Part shown: positions 41,546 through 50,831 of the stretch, piece after piece
Layout: each line of letters opens with the position of its first letter
How positions within the stretch are numbered: position 1 is the first letter of the stretch
Source: Candidatus Bilamarchaeaceae archaeon
GTDB lineage: Archaea > Micrarchaeota > Micrarchaeia > Anstonellales > Bilamarchaeaceae
Reading direction: 5' to 3'
Assembly: GCA_038870635.1 (NCBI GenBank)
Contig: JAVZJR010000001.1
Location: 90,133-154,132 of the forward strand
DNA length: 64,000 bases
Notes under the pieces: generated by a model
What the model was told of the DNA's origin: nothing
The model's database searches: none
The model's input: the letters and a program-made list of their open reading frames with translations, nothing else
Program-made: the position numbers and the translations under genes

Positions 41546-42316
41546 TTACATTTGGGATAAAACCTTTGGAAGTTGAAACACGGAATTTATAACAAAGTCT
41601 GCATTTGCTTTTTTTGCCTCGGCTTTTTTTACGAGACCGCTCAAAACAAGAGCACATTTTGTTCTGGCTTTTTTAGCAAGCGCAACGTCAGTAATTATAG
41701 AATCCCCAACTAGTAAAATATCATCTTTTCTCAATCCATTATCTTTAGTAAGCCAATCGAGCATAAGAGTAGATGGCTTACCTATAAGCAATGGTTTTTT
41801 ACCAGCAGCCGCCTCAACAGAAGCTACTATCGCACCGGCACCAGGCATTGTTCCGCTCTCGACAGGATATTCTGCATCTTTATTTGTTGCGATAAACGTC
41901 GCACCTTTTTTTATGAGATGATACGCTTTAGCGATTTTATCGTAAGAAACACTTCGGTCTAAACTTACTATTACTGCTTTTGCTCGCTCGCTGTCAAAAA
42001 TTAAGCCAAAAGATTCTATCTCCTCTATTGCGCTTTTTTCAGCAATAGCATAAAACCTTGTTCCTTTTCCGTAGTTCTCTAAAATATAACGCCCTGCGCC
42101 ATAACAGCTGCTGTATATTTCGTTTATATTTGCTCTTATACCAAAAGATTGCAATTTTTTTAAGATATCTTCTCTTTTGTTAGTACCAGAATTTGATAGG
42201 AAAAAGACAAGATAACCCATCTTTCTTATTTTTTCCACTGTCTCTTTAGCACCCTTAATTTCTCTTTCGCCTTTGTAGAGTGTGCCATCCAAGTCAAAAA
42301 CAACTGCACGCAACAT
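41546..42316 (-). CDS. HAD-superfamily subfamily IIA hydrolase
   Basis: VVFDLDGTLY motif I, SNSG motif II, LLVGDSIITD motif IV. Confidence 0.7.
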   Translation of the reverse strand: MLRAVVFDLDGTLYKGEREIKGAKETVEKIRKMGYLVFFLSNSGTNKREDILKKLQSFGIRANINEIYSSCYGAGRYILENYGKGTRFYAIAEKSAIEEIESFGLIFDSERAKAVIVSLDRSVSYDKIAKAYHLIKKGATFIATNKDAEYPVESGTMPGAGAIVASVEAAAGKKPLLIGKPSTLMLDWLTKDNGLRKDDILLVGDSIITDVALAKKARTKCALVLSGLVKKAEAKKANADFVINSVFQLPKVLSQM

Positions 42317-42355
42317 ACTACTCCTTTTTAATATTTAGGAGGGAGAAATAAAAAC

Positions 42356-42991
42356 ATGCGTGTTGTGTGTTTATTTTCCGGTGGTAAAGATAGCACTTAT
42401 GCTGCGCAATGGGCAATGAAAAATGGTTATGAGGTTATTCTACTCAACGTCAGACCAGAGCCATATTCTATGATGTTTCATCATCAAAATGTCAAATGGA
42501 CAGAAATGCAAGCAGAAGCTTTAGGGTTATCATATTCTTTTATCGAGGTAGATGAAAATAATTGGGAAAGAAAAATAAAAGAAAAAATAGAAAAACTAAA
42601 AATTGATGGGATAGTTAGCGGCGCAGTTGCAAGCAATTACCAAAAAGATAGGATAGACAAAATTGCAGAAGAACTTTCTATAAAAAGTTATGCACCGCTT
42701 TGGCATGCTACCGCAGAAGTTTTTGAAGAAATGGTAAATACAATGGAAATATACATAACAGGAGTTGCCGCAGAAGGGATGGGAAAAGAACTTCTTGGAA
42801 AAAGATTAACAGGAGATTTCAAGCATCCAAAATACGTGCATACTTTTTTTGAGGGCGGAGAAGCGGAAACATTTGTTGCTAATGCGCCCCTATTCAAAAA
42901 AAGAATAGTCATAGATGAATGGGAAATTAAATGGGATGGTGTGAGAGGTTCGGCTGAAATAAAAAAAGCATATTTTGAAAATAAGCTTTAA
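42356..42991 (+). CDS. PP-loop ATPase of the MJ0570/Dph6 family (putative diphthine-ammonia ligase)
   Basis: VVCLFSGGKDSTYA PP-loop, ~210 aa; GGAGGGAGA SD. Confidence 0.6.
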   Translation: MRVVCLFSGGKDSTYAAQWAMKNGYEVILLNVRPEPYSMMFHHQNVKWTEMQAEALGLSYSFIEVDENNWERKIKEKIEKLKIDGIVSGAVASNYQKDRIDKIAEELSIKSYAPLWHATAEVFEEMVNTMEIYITGVAAEGMGKELLGKRLTGDFKHPKYVHTFFEGGEAETFVANAPLFKKRIVIDEWEIKWDGVRGSAEIKKAYFENKL

Positions 42992-43965
42992 GCGATTTTA
43001 GCTCGCTTCTCACCACAAGAGACAAAAACTCCTTTTTCATCTCTTACTTTGCCGACAACGCTTGCGTTTATATCATATTTTTTGGCAATGTTTATCACCG
43101 TATCTGCTCTATCCTCCGGCAGAATAATGCACATGCCAATACCCATATTAAATGTTTTAACCATATTCTCAAATTCAACGCTTTTTGATAATTCTTTAAA
43201 TATACCTTCTGGCTTCGGCACTTCTATTTCATAACCAAACTCACTATTTAAGCGTGTTATCTTGGAGAACGCACCACCAGTTATGTGCGCTATTCCATGG
43301 ATATCACAGACATCTATCATCTCTAAAACAGCGTTAACGTATATTCTCGTGGGTTTAAGCATTTCCTCTAGCCATTCTTTACCTTTTAACAGCTTTCGCG
43401 CAAGGGTATAGCCATTACTGTGTAGACCACTACTCTCTAAACCAACAATCACGTCACCACTAGAAATATCATTTCCATAAATCTGTTTTTTTATTCTTCC
43501 AACAACTGTAAAAGCAAGATCAAAAGGCCGGCTGCCACCTTTTATCACGTCTGGCATTATAGCAGTTTCACCACCAACTATCGCGCAATTGCTCTCTTCT
43601 GCACCAGCCACAAGACCTTTTGTTATTTCTTCTACTAGTTGTTCATCTTCTTTTGCAAGCGCAAGATAATCAACACCGACAAGAGGTTCCCCTCCAACGC
43701 AAAGTATATCGTTAACAGACATAGCAACTGCATCTATTCCCACAGTATCGTATTTTTCAAGTTCTTGCGCCACGAGTACTTTTGTGCCTACTCCATCTGT
43801 ATGAATTACAAGTGTTTCTGATCCACACTTAAACAAACCGCCATAGTGACCAAAAAGTGGAAGAGGTTCGCCGAATCCCTTTCGGAATGGAAATGTTTTT
43901 TTTATACTCTCCCATATAGAACTCTGAATTTTCTTAACTTTTGGTATGTCGATTTGATATTCCAT
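42988..43965 (-). CDS. purM: Phosphoribosylformylglycinamidine cyclo-ligase (AIR synthetase)
   Basis: HTDGVGTKVLVAQ…DTVGIDAVAMSVNDILCVGGEPL; start set at MEYQIDIPKV (track ORF runs 130 aa further as antisense of the neighbouring gene). Confidence 0.85.
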   Translation of the reverse strand: MEYQIDIPKVKKIQSSIWESIKKTFPFRKGFGEPLPLFGHYGGLFKCGSETLVIHTDGVGTKVLVAQELEKYDTVGIDAVAMSVNDILCVGGEPLVGVDYLALAKEDEQLVEEITKGLVAGAEESNCAIVGGETAIMPDVIKGGSRPFDLAFTVVGRIKKQIYGNDISSGDVIVGLESSGLHSNGYTLARKLLKGKEWLEEMLKPTRIYVNAVLEMIDVCDIHGIAHITGGAFSKITRLNSEFGYEIEVPKPEGIFKELSKSVEFENMVKTFNMGIGMCIILPEDRADTVINIAKKYDINASVVGKVRDEKGVFVSCGEKRAKIA

Positions 43966-44026
43966 GTCTTTTTTTGGAATACTAAAAATATTTAATAATG
44001 TTGTTTGTTTAATCATTTTGGTAATT

Positions 44027-44470
44027 ATGGTCTTTGGTTCGTTCGCAGAATTCGCAAAGAAAGTTATGGATGCTGCTAAAAAGGGCGGGCTGTCAGCAAG
44101 AGACTTAAAAAGATTGGAGAGACTTTTAGAAAAGGATGGAAAAAGAAATAAAATACTCGCAGCTGGACTAGTAGCCGCAATGAAAACGGGGGCTTCAGAA
44201 AAAGAGATAGAAAAACTTGGAAAACTTTTTGAAAAAGCAAGTGAGAGAATAGCGAATGGAAAAGCTCCATTTACAGATGCAGATGCACAAATACTCCGTT
44301 CAATGCTTGAAGGCGCGGGCATATCAAAAAAGACTAGTAAATGGGTATCAAAAAATATTGATGAGATGCTTGCTGCAGAAATAAAAGAGTTTATCACTGG
44401 AAAAAAAATAAGTAGAGTTGTTATACCAAAGAAAAGCGAAGAAGAAAAGAAAACGCTTGCAGTGAGGTGA
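44027..44470 (+). CDS. Hypothetical alpha-helical protein
   Basis: ORF only; start uncertain, since the track start at 43964 abuts the purM start codon back-to-back. Confidence 0.3.
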   Translation: MVFGSFAEFAKKVMDAAKKGGLSARDLKRLERLLEKDGKRNKILAAGLVAAMKTGASEKEIEKLGKLFEKASERIANGKAPFTDADAQILRSMLEGAGISKKTSKWVSKNIDEMLAAEIKEFITGKKISRVVIPKKSEEEKKTLAVR

Positions 44471-44474
44471 AAGC

Positions 44475-44981
44475 TTGAAAATTAAGCTTACACCTGAACT
44501 TGCGTATCTCATAGGGCTTTGGAGAAAACGTCGTTCTTTTGAAGGGCTAGGAGTTCATGGTGATCAAAAAATTCTAGAAACGTTCTCGAAAGAAGCACTA
44601 GAACAAAAACTCACAACGCCAGATAAACTTCTCACAAATGGAAAAAAAGTTTATTTTTACCATACGGCGTATAAAAAATTTTTTAATCAAGTTGAAGAAG
44701 AACAACTCGAGAGGTTTAAATATCTAAATGAATACGCTGCCAATTATCTTGCTGGGCTTTTTGATGCAGTAGGAGAAATAGATGAAAATGGCGTTGTTTC
44801 TCTATCAAAGCTAACTAATGAAGATGAGTTAATGCTATTAAGGTTAGGATTTAAAACAAAGAGAAAAAAAGAGAAATGTATAATAGAGAAACCACTCGTC
44901 TTTCTCTCATTTATAAAAAACTATGTCAAGATATCAAAAGAGAACAAAATATTTGAAATCGTGGAAAAAATAAAAAAATAG
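44475..44981 (+). CDS. Free-standing double-motif LAGLIDADG-like protein (degenerate homing-endonuclease fold)
   Basis: Motifs LAYLIGLW (res ~9) and LAGLFDAVGEID (res ~101) roughly 90 aa apart. Confidence 0.5.
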   Translation: MKIKLTPELAYLIGLWRKRRSFEGLGVHGDQKILETFSKEALEQKLTTPDKLLTNGKKVYFYHTAYKKFFNQVEEEQLERFKYLNEYAANYLAGLFDAVGEIDENGVVSLSKLTNEDELMLLRLGFKTKRKKEKCIIEKPLVFLSFIKNYVKISKENKIFEIVEKIKK

Positions 44982-44983
44982 CG

Positions 44984-45097
44984 CTAAAGCTCTCCTACTC
45001 TTCTTTTCATTTTTCTCTTGAGTCTCTTTCTCTTCTTCTTTACCCACTTCCAGCGCATTCTGTTTTTTTTCTTCCACTTTCTTGGCTTTGCACCCAT
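44984..45097 (-). CDS. 37-aa extremely basic K/R/W-rich micro-protein, ribosomal L41e-like
   Basis: MGAKPRKWKKKNRMRWKWVKKKRKRLKRKMKRRVGEL read from the reverse strand; shares RMR…LKRK…KM pattern with L41e. Confidence 0.25.
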   Translation of the reverse strand: MGAKPRKWKKKNRMRWKWVKKKRKRLKRKMKRRVGEL

Positions 45098-45451
45098 CAC
45101 TATCCCTCAAAGTAAATAAACTAAAGAACAACTATGATTAGTTAAGTAAGATTTTAAAATGCATTGAAGGCAGGTAATAATTACTAACAACCAACGAAGC
45201 CTTCCAGGTTATCTACCATTGGCTGTTTTTTTGCGATTTCGTTTTTTTTGCTCAGAGATTTGCTAATCTCTTCTAATCTGCCGTTTTCGCTGGAGCCAAG
45301 ACTCCTAGCTATCTCGTCTTTTTTTAAAATTTTTTTTAAATCAACCAAAAACACCACCTTAGTATTCTTCAATGTATATTTTTATACATTATTGATTTAT
45401 AATATACGTTATAGTAGAAATATTTAAAAAGCTTGTGGAAGAAGAAAAATC

Positions 45452-45955
45452 ATGTGGGAGAAGATTAGTAAAAAGTTTAGTGATTACCCGGCAAGAGAAG
45501 CAGTAGCCAAAAAGATGATAGAATATGGATTAAGAATTGGAAACAAGGGAAAAATATTTTGTGGTGATATCGAAATAAAAGATAGCGCCCTTGCGAAAAG
45601 TGTTGGAGTTGATAGAAGAGCAGTTCGAACAACTATAGATGCAATAAGAAAAGATGATGAGCTAAAAATATTATTTGCAAACATATTGCCTGCAGGTGCA
45701 TTGTTGAAAAATGTAGCAAAAGAATTAGGTTATGGTGCTGTTGAGATAGAAGCAGATGCTAAAAAACCTGGCATATTGGCGGCATGTGCAACTCTTTTAG
45801 CAAAAAGACAAATAAGTATAAAACAAGCACATGCTGATGACCCTGCACTTGTTGAAAAACCAAAATTAACTATAATAACAGAGAAAAAAATACCTGGTGA
45901 AATAATAAATGAATTTTTAAAAATAGATGGAGTGAAAAAAGTTTCAATAATTTAA
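45452..45955 (+). CDS. Putative ACT-domain regulator of amino-acid metabolism (COG2150-like)
   Basis: N-terminal HTH-like segment plus C-terminal ACT-like GILAACATLLAKRQISI. Confidence 0.4.
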   Translation: MWEKISKKFSDYPAREAVAKKMIEYGLRIGNKGKIFCGDIEIKDSALAKSVGVDRRAVRTTIDAIRKDDELKILFANILPAGALLKNVAKELGYGAVEIEADAKKPGILAACATLLAKRQISIKQAHADDPALVEKPKLTIITEKKIPGEIINEFLKIDGVKKVSII

Positions 45956-46204
45956 TTACTTTTTTTTCTCCGTGATGAGGATTCCGTCTATTATGCCATA
46001 GGCGTAATTTGCCGCGCCAAAACTGCTAAAGTAATCCCCTTTTTGGTAAAAATGCATCGCATCGTGTAAATAATTTTTTGCCCAAGTGTAAGCATCAGCA
46101 TATTTTTTATTAAGACCTAAATTCTCAAAGAGCAAAAGAATCTCTTTTAACTTTTCAACATCTTTCAGTGCGCGTTCCTTAAAATCCATAATTACACCTT
46201 CCAA
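45956..46204 (-). CDS. Small conserved archaeal-type hypothetical protein
   Basis: ORF overlapping the Lhr start by 13 nt (co-transcribed). Confidence 0.35.
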   Translation of the reverse strand: MEGVIMDFKERALKDVEKLKEILLLFENLGLNKKYADAYTWAKNYLHDAMHFYQKGDYFSSFGAANYAYGIIDGILITEKKK

Positions 46205-48726
46205 TATTTCTTTGTTTTAACAAATGTCTTTTGTGCTTCTATAAGATCAAGATAAAAAGAATTTTCATCCTTGTGAAGCCTTGCAAGTATTCTCTCTGCT
46301 GTAACAGGCCCTATCCCATAAACAGAAAGAGCGATAAGTGCTTTTTTTCCGTAAGTTTGTATTAATGCTGCGCTCAATTCCATATCATCTGCCGAACGAC
46401 TCTTTAAAGCGAGGGCTTTTTTTCCGCATTTTGCGCATTTAAGTTCTTCTTCTGCACTTGCAAGATAAACAAAACGGGTTGCGCCACAGTTAAGACAAAC
46501 CAACTCTTTTGTATAAGAAAGAATTTTTTCTTTAAGCGCAGCGATTATCCTATCTTTTGGCTCAAAAATTCCAATAGCTTCTCTTGCTGAAACGCGATTT
46601 AATCCAATCTGCGCAAAAAAGCTCGGGGTTTTTCTCTCGTCGAGCACTACTTTTATTTTTCGTGATTTAATCCCTTTAAAAATCTCTTCTGCACCATCTA
46701 AATCAAAATAACGAAAAAATATTGAGCGTATTGTTTCTTCGTAAACTACGGAATAGCGAAGGGCATCTATAAATTTTTGTCCTACTGTTGCGTCCTCTTC
46801 TATTAAACCAAACATTCTCGCAACATGGCTAAATTTAAAACGAAGAAGGTTTGAATTTCTAAGACTTTCTTCTAATTTTTTTCTCGGGCTAATACCACAA
46901 GACATAAAAACATCATTTATTTTTTTTGGTTCGATAGGGTAAGGAAGTTTTATTATTATCCGATAAGCATCAGCAACTGCACGAACGCTTTCGCCGATAA
47001 TTTCAGAAATGAGATAAGCGAAAATTCTTCCTATGGTTTCATTTATCTTATTCCCAAAACAGGAATGGACTACTATAACATCGCTTATAACTTCTATTAC
47101 TATTGTTTTATCATCTGGTACAACTTGCTCCTTTATCTTTATTTTTCGCATCGCGCCAACCATCTCCGCGATTTCTTTTGCAACAGGAATATCTTCTCCA
47201 ATCCAAGATGGAATTGTGATTTCCGTGCTTGTGCCTGGTGAAACTACCACTGCATCTTCTGTTATGTCAAGTACTTCCCACACCTGTCCTTTTGAAAGAA
47301 AATTATCTCCAGTTGTGATATTACTAACAAACTCTTCATCCAAAGATGCTATCTGCCGATTAGATGAGGAATCAAAAAGAACAAATTTTTTTGTTTTAGG
47401 TATAGTACTTAGATAGGTGTAGTAATAGTCTCTTGCTCTGTTTCTAACCTTTATCGTCCCATCTTGATTAAAAAATACAAGAGATTCTGCATGCAACTGT
47501 AAGAGCAACGATTTAAGCTTATCTATTGTTATTCCATAAGCGCCAGACTCTTTGAATATTGAATGAATTTCATCAAAATGCATCTTATAGTTCTCAAGCA
47601 AAAGACCAATTATCTGATGAGCAATTACATCAAGCGCTCCTTTCTCGATTGTTTTTCTCTCCACCCAACCATTCTGGGCGAGAGAAACAATAGCCTCTGC
47701 TTCAAGAAAATCATCAAAATCAAGAGGGAATACTATACCTTTTGGTACCTTTCTTATGGAATGGCCAGAACGCCCAACTCTTTGAATTAGACGAAAAACT
47801 TGATGGGGGGAACCATACTGAACTATTAAATCAACATCGCCCACATCTATACCAAGCTCTAGAGAAGAAGTACAAACAAGTGATTTTATTTTGCCTGTCT
47901 TAAAATCATCTTCAGCGCTTACCCTAACTTCTTTTGAAAGCGAACCGTGATGGACTTCAATTGGTGCTTTTTTTTCTTTTAACCACCCGCCTATTTCTTC
48001 AGCCGTGCTTCGCGTATTAACAAAAAGAAGGGATCGTTCCTTTTCAACTATTGATTTTATTTTTTCTAATCTTTTTTCTCGCTCTTCCTCGTAAAAAACA
48101 GAAAAATCAAAAGTTCTTTTAGAGCCTGCTTCAATCACTTTATAATCTCGTTGTCCAAAAAGAAGAGCTGCAGCCTCAGTAGGATTCGGAAGTGTTGCAC
48201 TTATACCTATCCTACTAAAAGAAGCAATTCTTGCCAAACGCTCAAGAGAAAGTGAAAGTTGTGCTCCTCTTTTGTTATCTAAAACATCATGGATTTCATC
48301 GACTATTACATAACGGACGTTTTGCAGATGTTTACGCATTATAGGTGCAACTAAAAGTGCTTGAAGGGATTCAATAGTTGTTAATACGATTTGTGGCGGG
48401 TTTTTTCTTTGTTTTGCCCGCTCTGATATAGTCGTATCCCCATGTCGTATATCACTGGTTATGTTGTAAATAGTACACCATTCCTTAAACCTTCTCAAAA
48501 GATCACGGTTAAGACTTCTCAAAGGTGTTATGTAAAGCGCTGCTATACCTTGCTGGGATTTTATATTATCCAGGACAGGAAGTAGAGCTGCTTCTGTTTT
48601 ACCATAACCAGTGGGCGCGATTATTAGCACATTTGCTCCGCTCGCCACGACACTAATGGCTTTTTCTTGAATTTCAGTCAGCGAGCCGAAACGATTGCGG
48701 AGCAATTCCTCTGGACTTTTTTCCAT
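46192..48726 (-). CDS. lhr: Lhr-like ATP-dependent DEAH-box helicase
   Basis: APTGYGKTEAALLPVL motif I, DEIH motif II, SATLPN motif III, helicase-C motifs, long C-terminal Lhr-type domain. Confidence 0.7.
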   Translation of the reverse strand: MEKSPEELLRNRFGSLTEIQEKAISVVASGANVLIIAPTGYGKTEAALLPVLDNIKSQQGIAALYITPLRSLNRDLLRRFKEWCTIYNITSDIRHGDTTISERAKQRKNPPQIVLTTIESLQALLVAPIMRKHLQNVRYVIVDEIHDVLDNKRGAQLSLSLERLARIASFSRIGISATLPNPTEAAALLFGQRDYKVIEAGSKRTFDFSVFYEEEREKRLEKIKSIVEKERSLLFVNTRSTAEEIGGWLKEKKAPIEVHHGSLSKEVRVSAEDDFKTGKIKSLVCTSSLELGIDVGDVDLIVQYGSPHQVFRLIQRVGRSGHSIRKVPKGIVFPLDFDDFLEAEAIVSLAQNGWVERKTIEKGALDVIAHQIIGLLLENYKMHFDEIHSIFKESGAYGITIDKLKSLLLQLHAESLVFFNQDGTIKVRNRARDYYYTYLSTIPKTKKFVLFDSSSNRQIASLDEEFVSNITTGDNFLSKGQVWEVLDITEDAVVVSPGTSTEITIPSWIGEDIPVAKEIAEMVGAMRKIKIKEQVVPDDKTIVIEVISDVIVVHSCFGNKINETIGRIFAYLISEIIGESVRAVADAYRIIIKLPYPIEPKKINDVFMSCGISPRKKLEESLRNSNLLRFKFSHVARMFGLIEEDATVGQKFIDALRYSVVYEETIRSIFFRYFDLDGAEEIFKGIKSRKIKVVLDERKTPSFFAQIGLNRVSAREAIGIFEPKDRIIAALKEKILSYTKELVCLNCGATRFVYLASAEEELKCAKCGKKALALKSRSADDMELSAALIQTYGKKALIALSVYGIGPVTAERILARLHKDENSFYLDLIEAQKTFVKTKKYWKV

Positions 48727-48728
48727 GT

Positions 48729-48983
48729 TTATTTTTTGTTAAAACTGCTTAATATTTCTTCCCATTCGCTCTCAGATACATCAATAAATATCTTTTTGCG
48801 TCGTGATTTAGAACCAGAGATTATCTTTACCTCTTTTCCTGTTAAACTACGAAGTTCTTTTATAAGTTCTAGATTTGCCCGATTTCCTTCTGCTTTTTCG
48901 GTTAGATAAACCTTAATGATATTTTCCTTTTTTTGTATTAAAAAAGATGGGGAAGAAGGTATAACACTAATCTCTATCAGCAT
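48729..48983 (-). CDS. DUF167 (YggU-like) family protein
   Basis: KAEGNRANLELIKELRSLTGKEVKIISGSKSRRK matches the YggU/UPF0235 pattern. Confidence 0.5.
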   Translation of the reverse strand: MLIEISVIPSSPSFLIQKKENIIKVYLTEKAEGNRANLELIKELRSLTGKEVKIISGSKSRRKKIFIDVSESEWEEILSSFNKK

Positions 48984-49623
48984 CCTTCATCGCCTGTTTA
49001 AGTTCCTCTAAAGAAACAATACCTACATAAGAATAGTTGCCGATGATGGTCATAGGTATAGCGTTAACATTATACTCCTTCATTAAAGAGTGGACAACTG
49101 AGCTGTTTATACCTGTATCAAATGCGTATATTTTTATTTTATCTTTTGTAGAAAAGCTATCACGCGCTTTGAGAATAATTTCTCCTTGTCGTTTACAATC
49201 AGTGCAATTTACATTGTCGTAAAAGAAGAGAACAAAACGATAATCTTCTCCACATAATTTTTGTACTTTTTTAGAAAAAAGAAGAGACTGTATCTGTAAG
49301 ACCATATACTTTCTTTTAATTTCAGGAGAAGAATAACCTTTTTGGTCTTCCATTAACGATAACTCGTAACCAAGCTTTTCTCTTTCCCTATCAAAAGAGG
49401 TTAATTCTTCTTTATAAAATGAGCAAAAATTACTATTCTGATCCTCTAAAAAAAGTAGAACACCTATATTAGAAATCTTTGTATTTGCTTCCTCAATTTC
49501 ACTTGCAAGCGAACTCATCACATTTTGATTTATTAAAGTACCAACATAAACACCAACTGCAAACAAAATCGATGCAAAAATAAATGCAATCACATATAGA
49601 TATATTGAAATCTTTCTTTCCAT
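48967..49623 (-). CDS. Membrane-anchored thioredoxin-like protein
   Basis: N-terminal TM, CTDCKRQ CxxC motif, Trx-like beta-alpha-beta order. Confidence 0.35.
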   Translation of the reverse strand: MERKISIYLYVIAFIFASILFAVGVYVGTLINQNVMSSLASEIEEANTKISNIGVLLFLEDQNSNFCSFYKEELTSFDREREKLGYELSLMEDQKGYSSPEIKRKYMVLQIQSLLFSKKVQKLCGEDYRFVLFFYDNVNCTDCKRQGEIILKARDSFSTKDKIKIYAFDTGINSSVVHSLMKEYNVNAIPMTIIGNYSYVGIVSLEELKQAMKDADRD

Positions 49624-49627
49624 CAAA

Positions 49628-50818
49628 TCACCACGAAAATTTCTCATGTTTTAATTCTTTATAAACGAGCAAGAGATTATAACATAGCATAAGATACCAA
49701 TAAAAGAAATAATATAATATTATGGGGATTATACCAACTTTCTCATTTTTAAAGCTGCCAAGAACCAAAGCAAGCCAAGCAACAGAAGCAAGACCAGCAA
49801 AAAAAAGAGGAACAGAAATTGGGTTTATCCCCATACCTATACTCTCTATAAAAATGTAGGAAACATAGTAAGGTGTATTTACTATCGCATTTATCATAAG
49901 ACCTAAAACTATGAAAAAAGATGCTAATGTTATGAAGTTTAAAGGAACAAAAAATAGTCCAAAATCACCATATTCTGGTGTTATAAGATGCTTGTAGTTC
50001 CAATAGTTTCTTACACCTCCCCGCTGCCACCTTACTCTTTGTTTTATTAAATCCTGAATTGTTTCGGGGGGATTAGTATAAACTTCTGCCTTTACTGAAC
50101 TTCTTATTTTAAAGTGATGTTTTTGTATTCTCAATGCTATTTCTTGGTCTTCTACTAAATTATGCTCGTCAAAACCACCAACTTTTTTGAAAACAGATGC
50201 ACGAAATATAGAGAAAGGGCCAGGAGTAACAGGTACCGCGTCTATAAAACTCAACAACTTTCTTGAGAAAATTATCATCAGATATTCTATTCTTTGCAAC
50301 TCTACAAGCAACGAATTTGATGGTCTAATCTTTATGGCAGGAGTAACTGCCATCACTTCTGGGTCATCCTTAAAAAAGGCAAGAAGCTGCTTAAGAGTTT
50401 TTGGTAGAACATAGGAATCGGCGTCCATTGTTACTATGAATTCTCCTTTAGCGATTTTAAGTCCATGGTTAAGAGCTGCACCCTTACCTGCATTTTTTTG
50501 TGTTACAACTCTAACACCATATTTTTCAAACTTTTTCGCTTCTTCTTCTGTCAAGTCAGTTGAGCCATCGTTTATAACAATAATATCTAATTTATCTTTA
50601 GGATAGTCAAGCTCTAATAAAGTTTGAAGGCACTTCCCTATATATTTTTCTTCATTGTATGCAGGCACTATTATGCTAACTAACGGTGTAAAATTTTCAT
50701 CTATCGGGGGTTCTTCTTCATAATTTTTTTTGTATGTGAAAAGAAGAAGAAAGTAAAAAACCACCACATAAACAGAAAAAAAAGCAACAAAGTAATTGAG
50801 TGCGTGTACTAAGTCCAT
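49628..50818 (-). CDS. Processive family-2 glycosyltransferase (CesA/NodC/HAS-like, with QxxRW motif)
   Basis: VSIIVPAYNEE…INDGSTD (D, DxD), VTMDAD, QRVRWQRGG, and TM helices at both ends. Confidence 0.75.
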   Translation of the reverse strand: MDLVHALNYFVAFFSVYVVVFYFLLLFTYKKNYEEEPPIDENFTPLVSIIVPAYNEEKYIGKCLQTLLELDYPKDKLDIIVINDGSTDLTEEEAKKFEKYGVRVVTQKNAGKGAALNHGLKIAKGEFIVTMDADSYVLPKTLKQLLAFFKDDPEVMAVTPAIKIRPSNSLLVELQRIEYLMIIFSRKLLSFIDAVPVTPGPFSIFRASVFKKVGGFDEHNLVEDQEIALRIQKHHFKIRSSVKAEVYTNPPETIQDLIKQRVRWQRGGVRNYWNYKHLITPEYGDFGLFFVPLNFITLASFFIVLGLMINAIVNTPYYVSYIFIESIGMGINPISVPLFFAGLASVAWLALVLGSFKNEKVGIIPIILYYFFYWYLMLCYNLLLVYKELKHEKFSW

Positions 50819-50831
50819 TAAAAATCAAGCC

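Noticed and set aside
42988-44397. 469-aa minus-strand ORF extending purM by ~130 aa at the N-terminus
   Set aside because: The extension is low-complexity (S/F/A-rich), antisense to a plausible plus-strand gene, and canonical PurM starts at MEYQIDIP…; trimmed to 42988..43965.
45184-45372. 62-aa minus-strand ORF between the L41e-like ORF and the ACT regulator
   Set aside because: No motif, no SD, and it lies in the probable promoter region; too weak to call.
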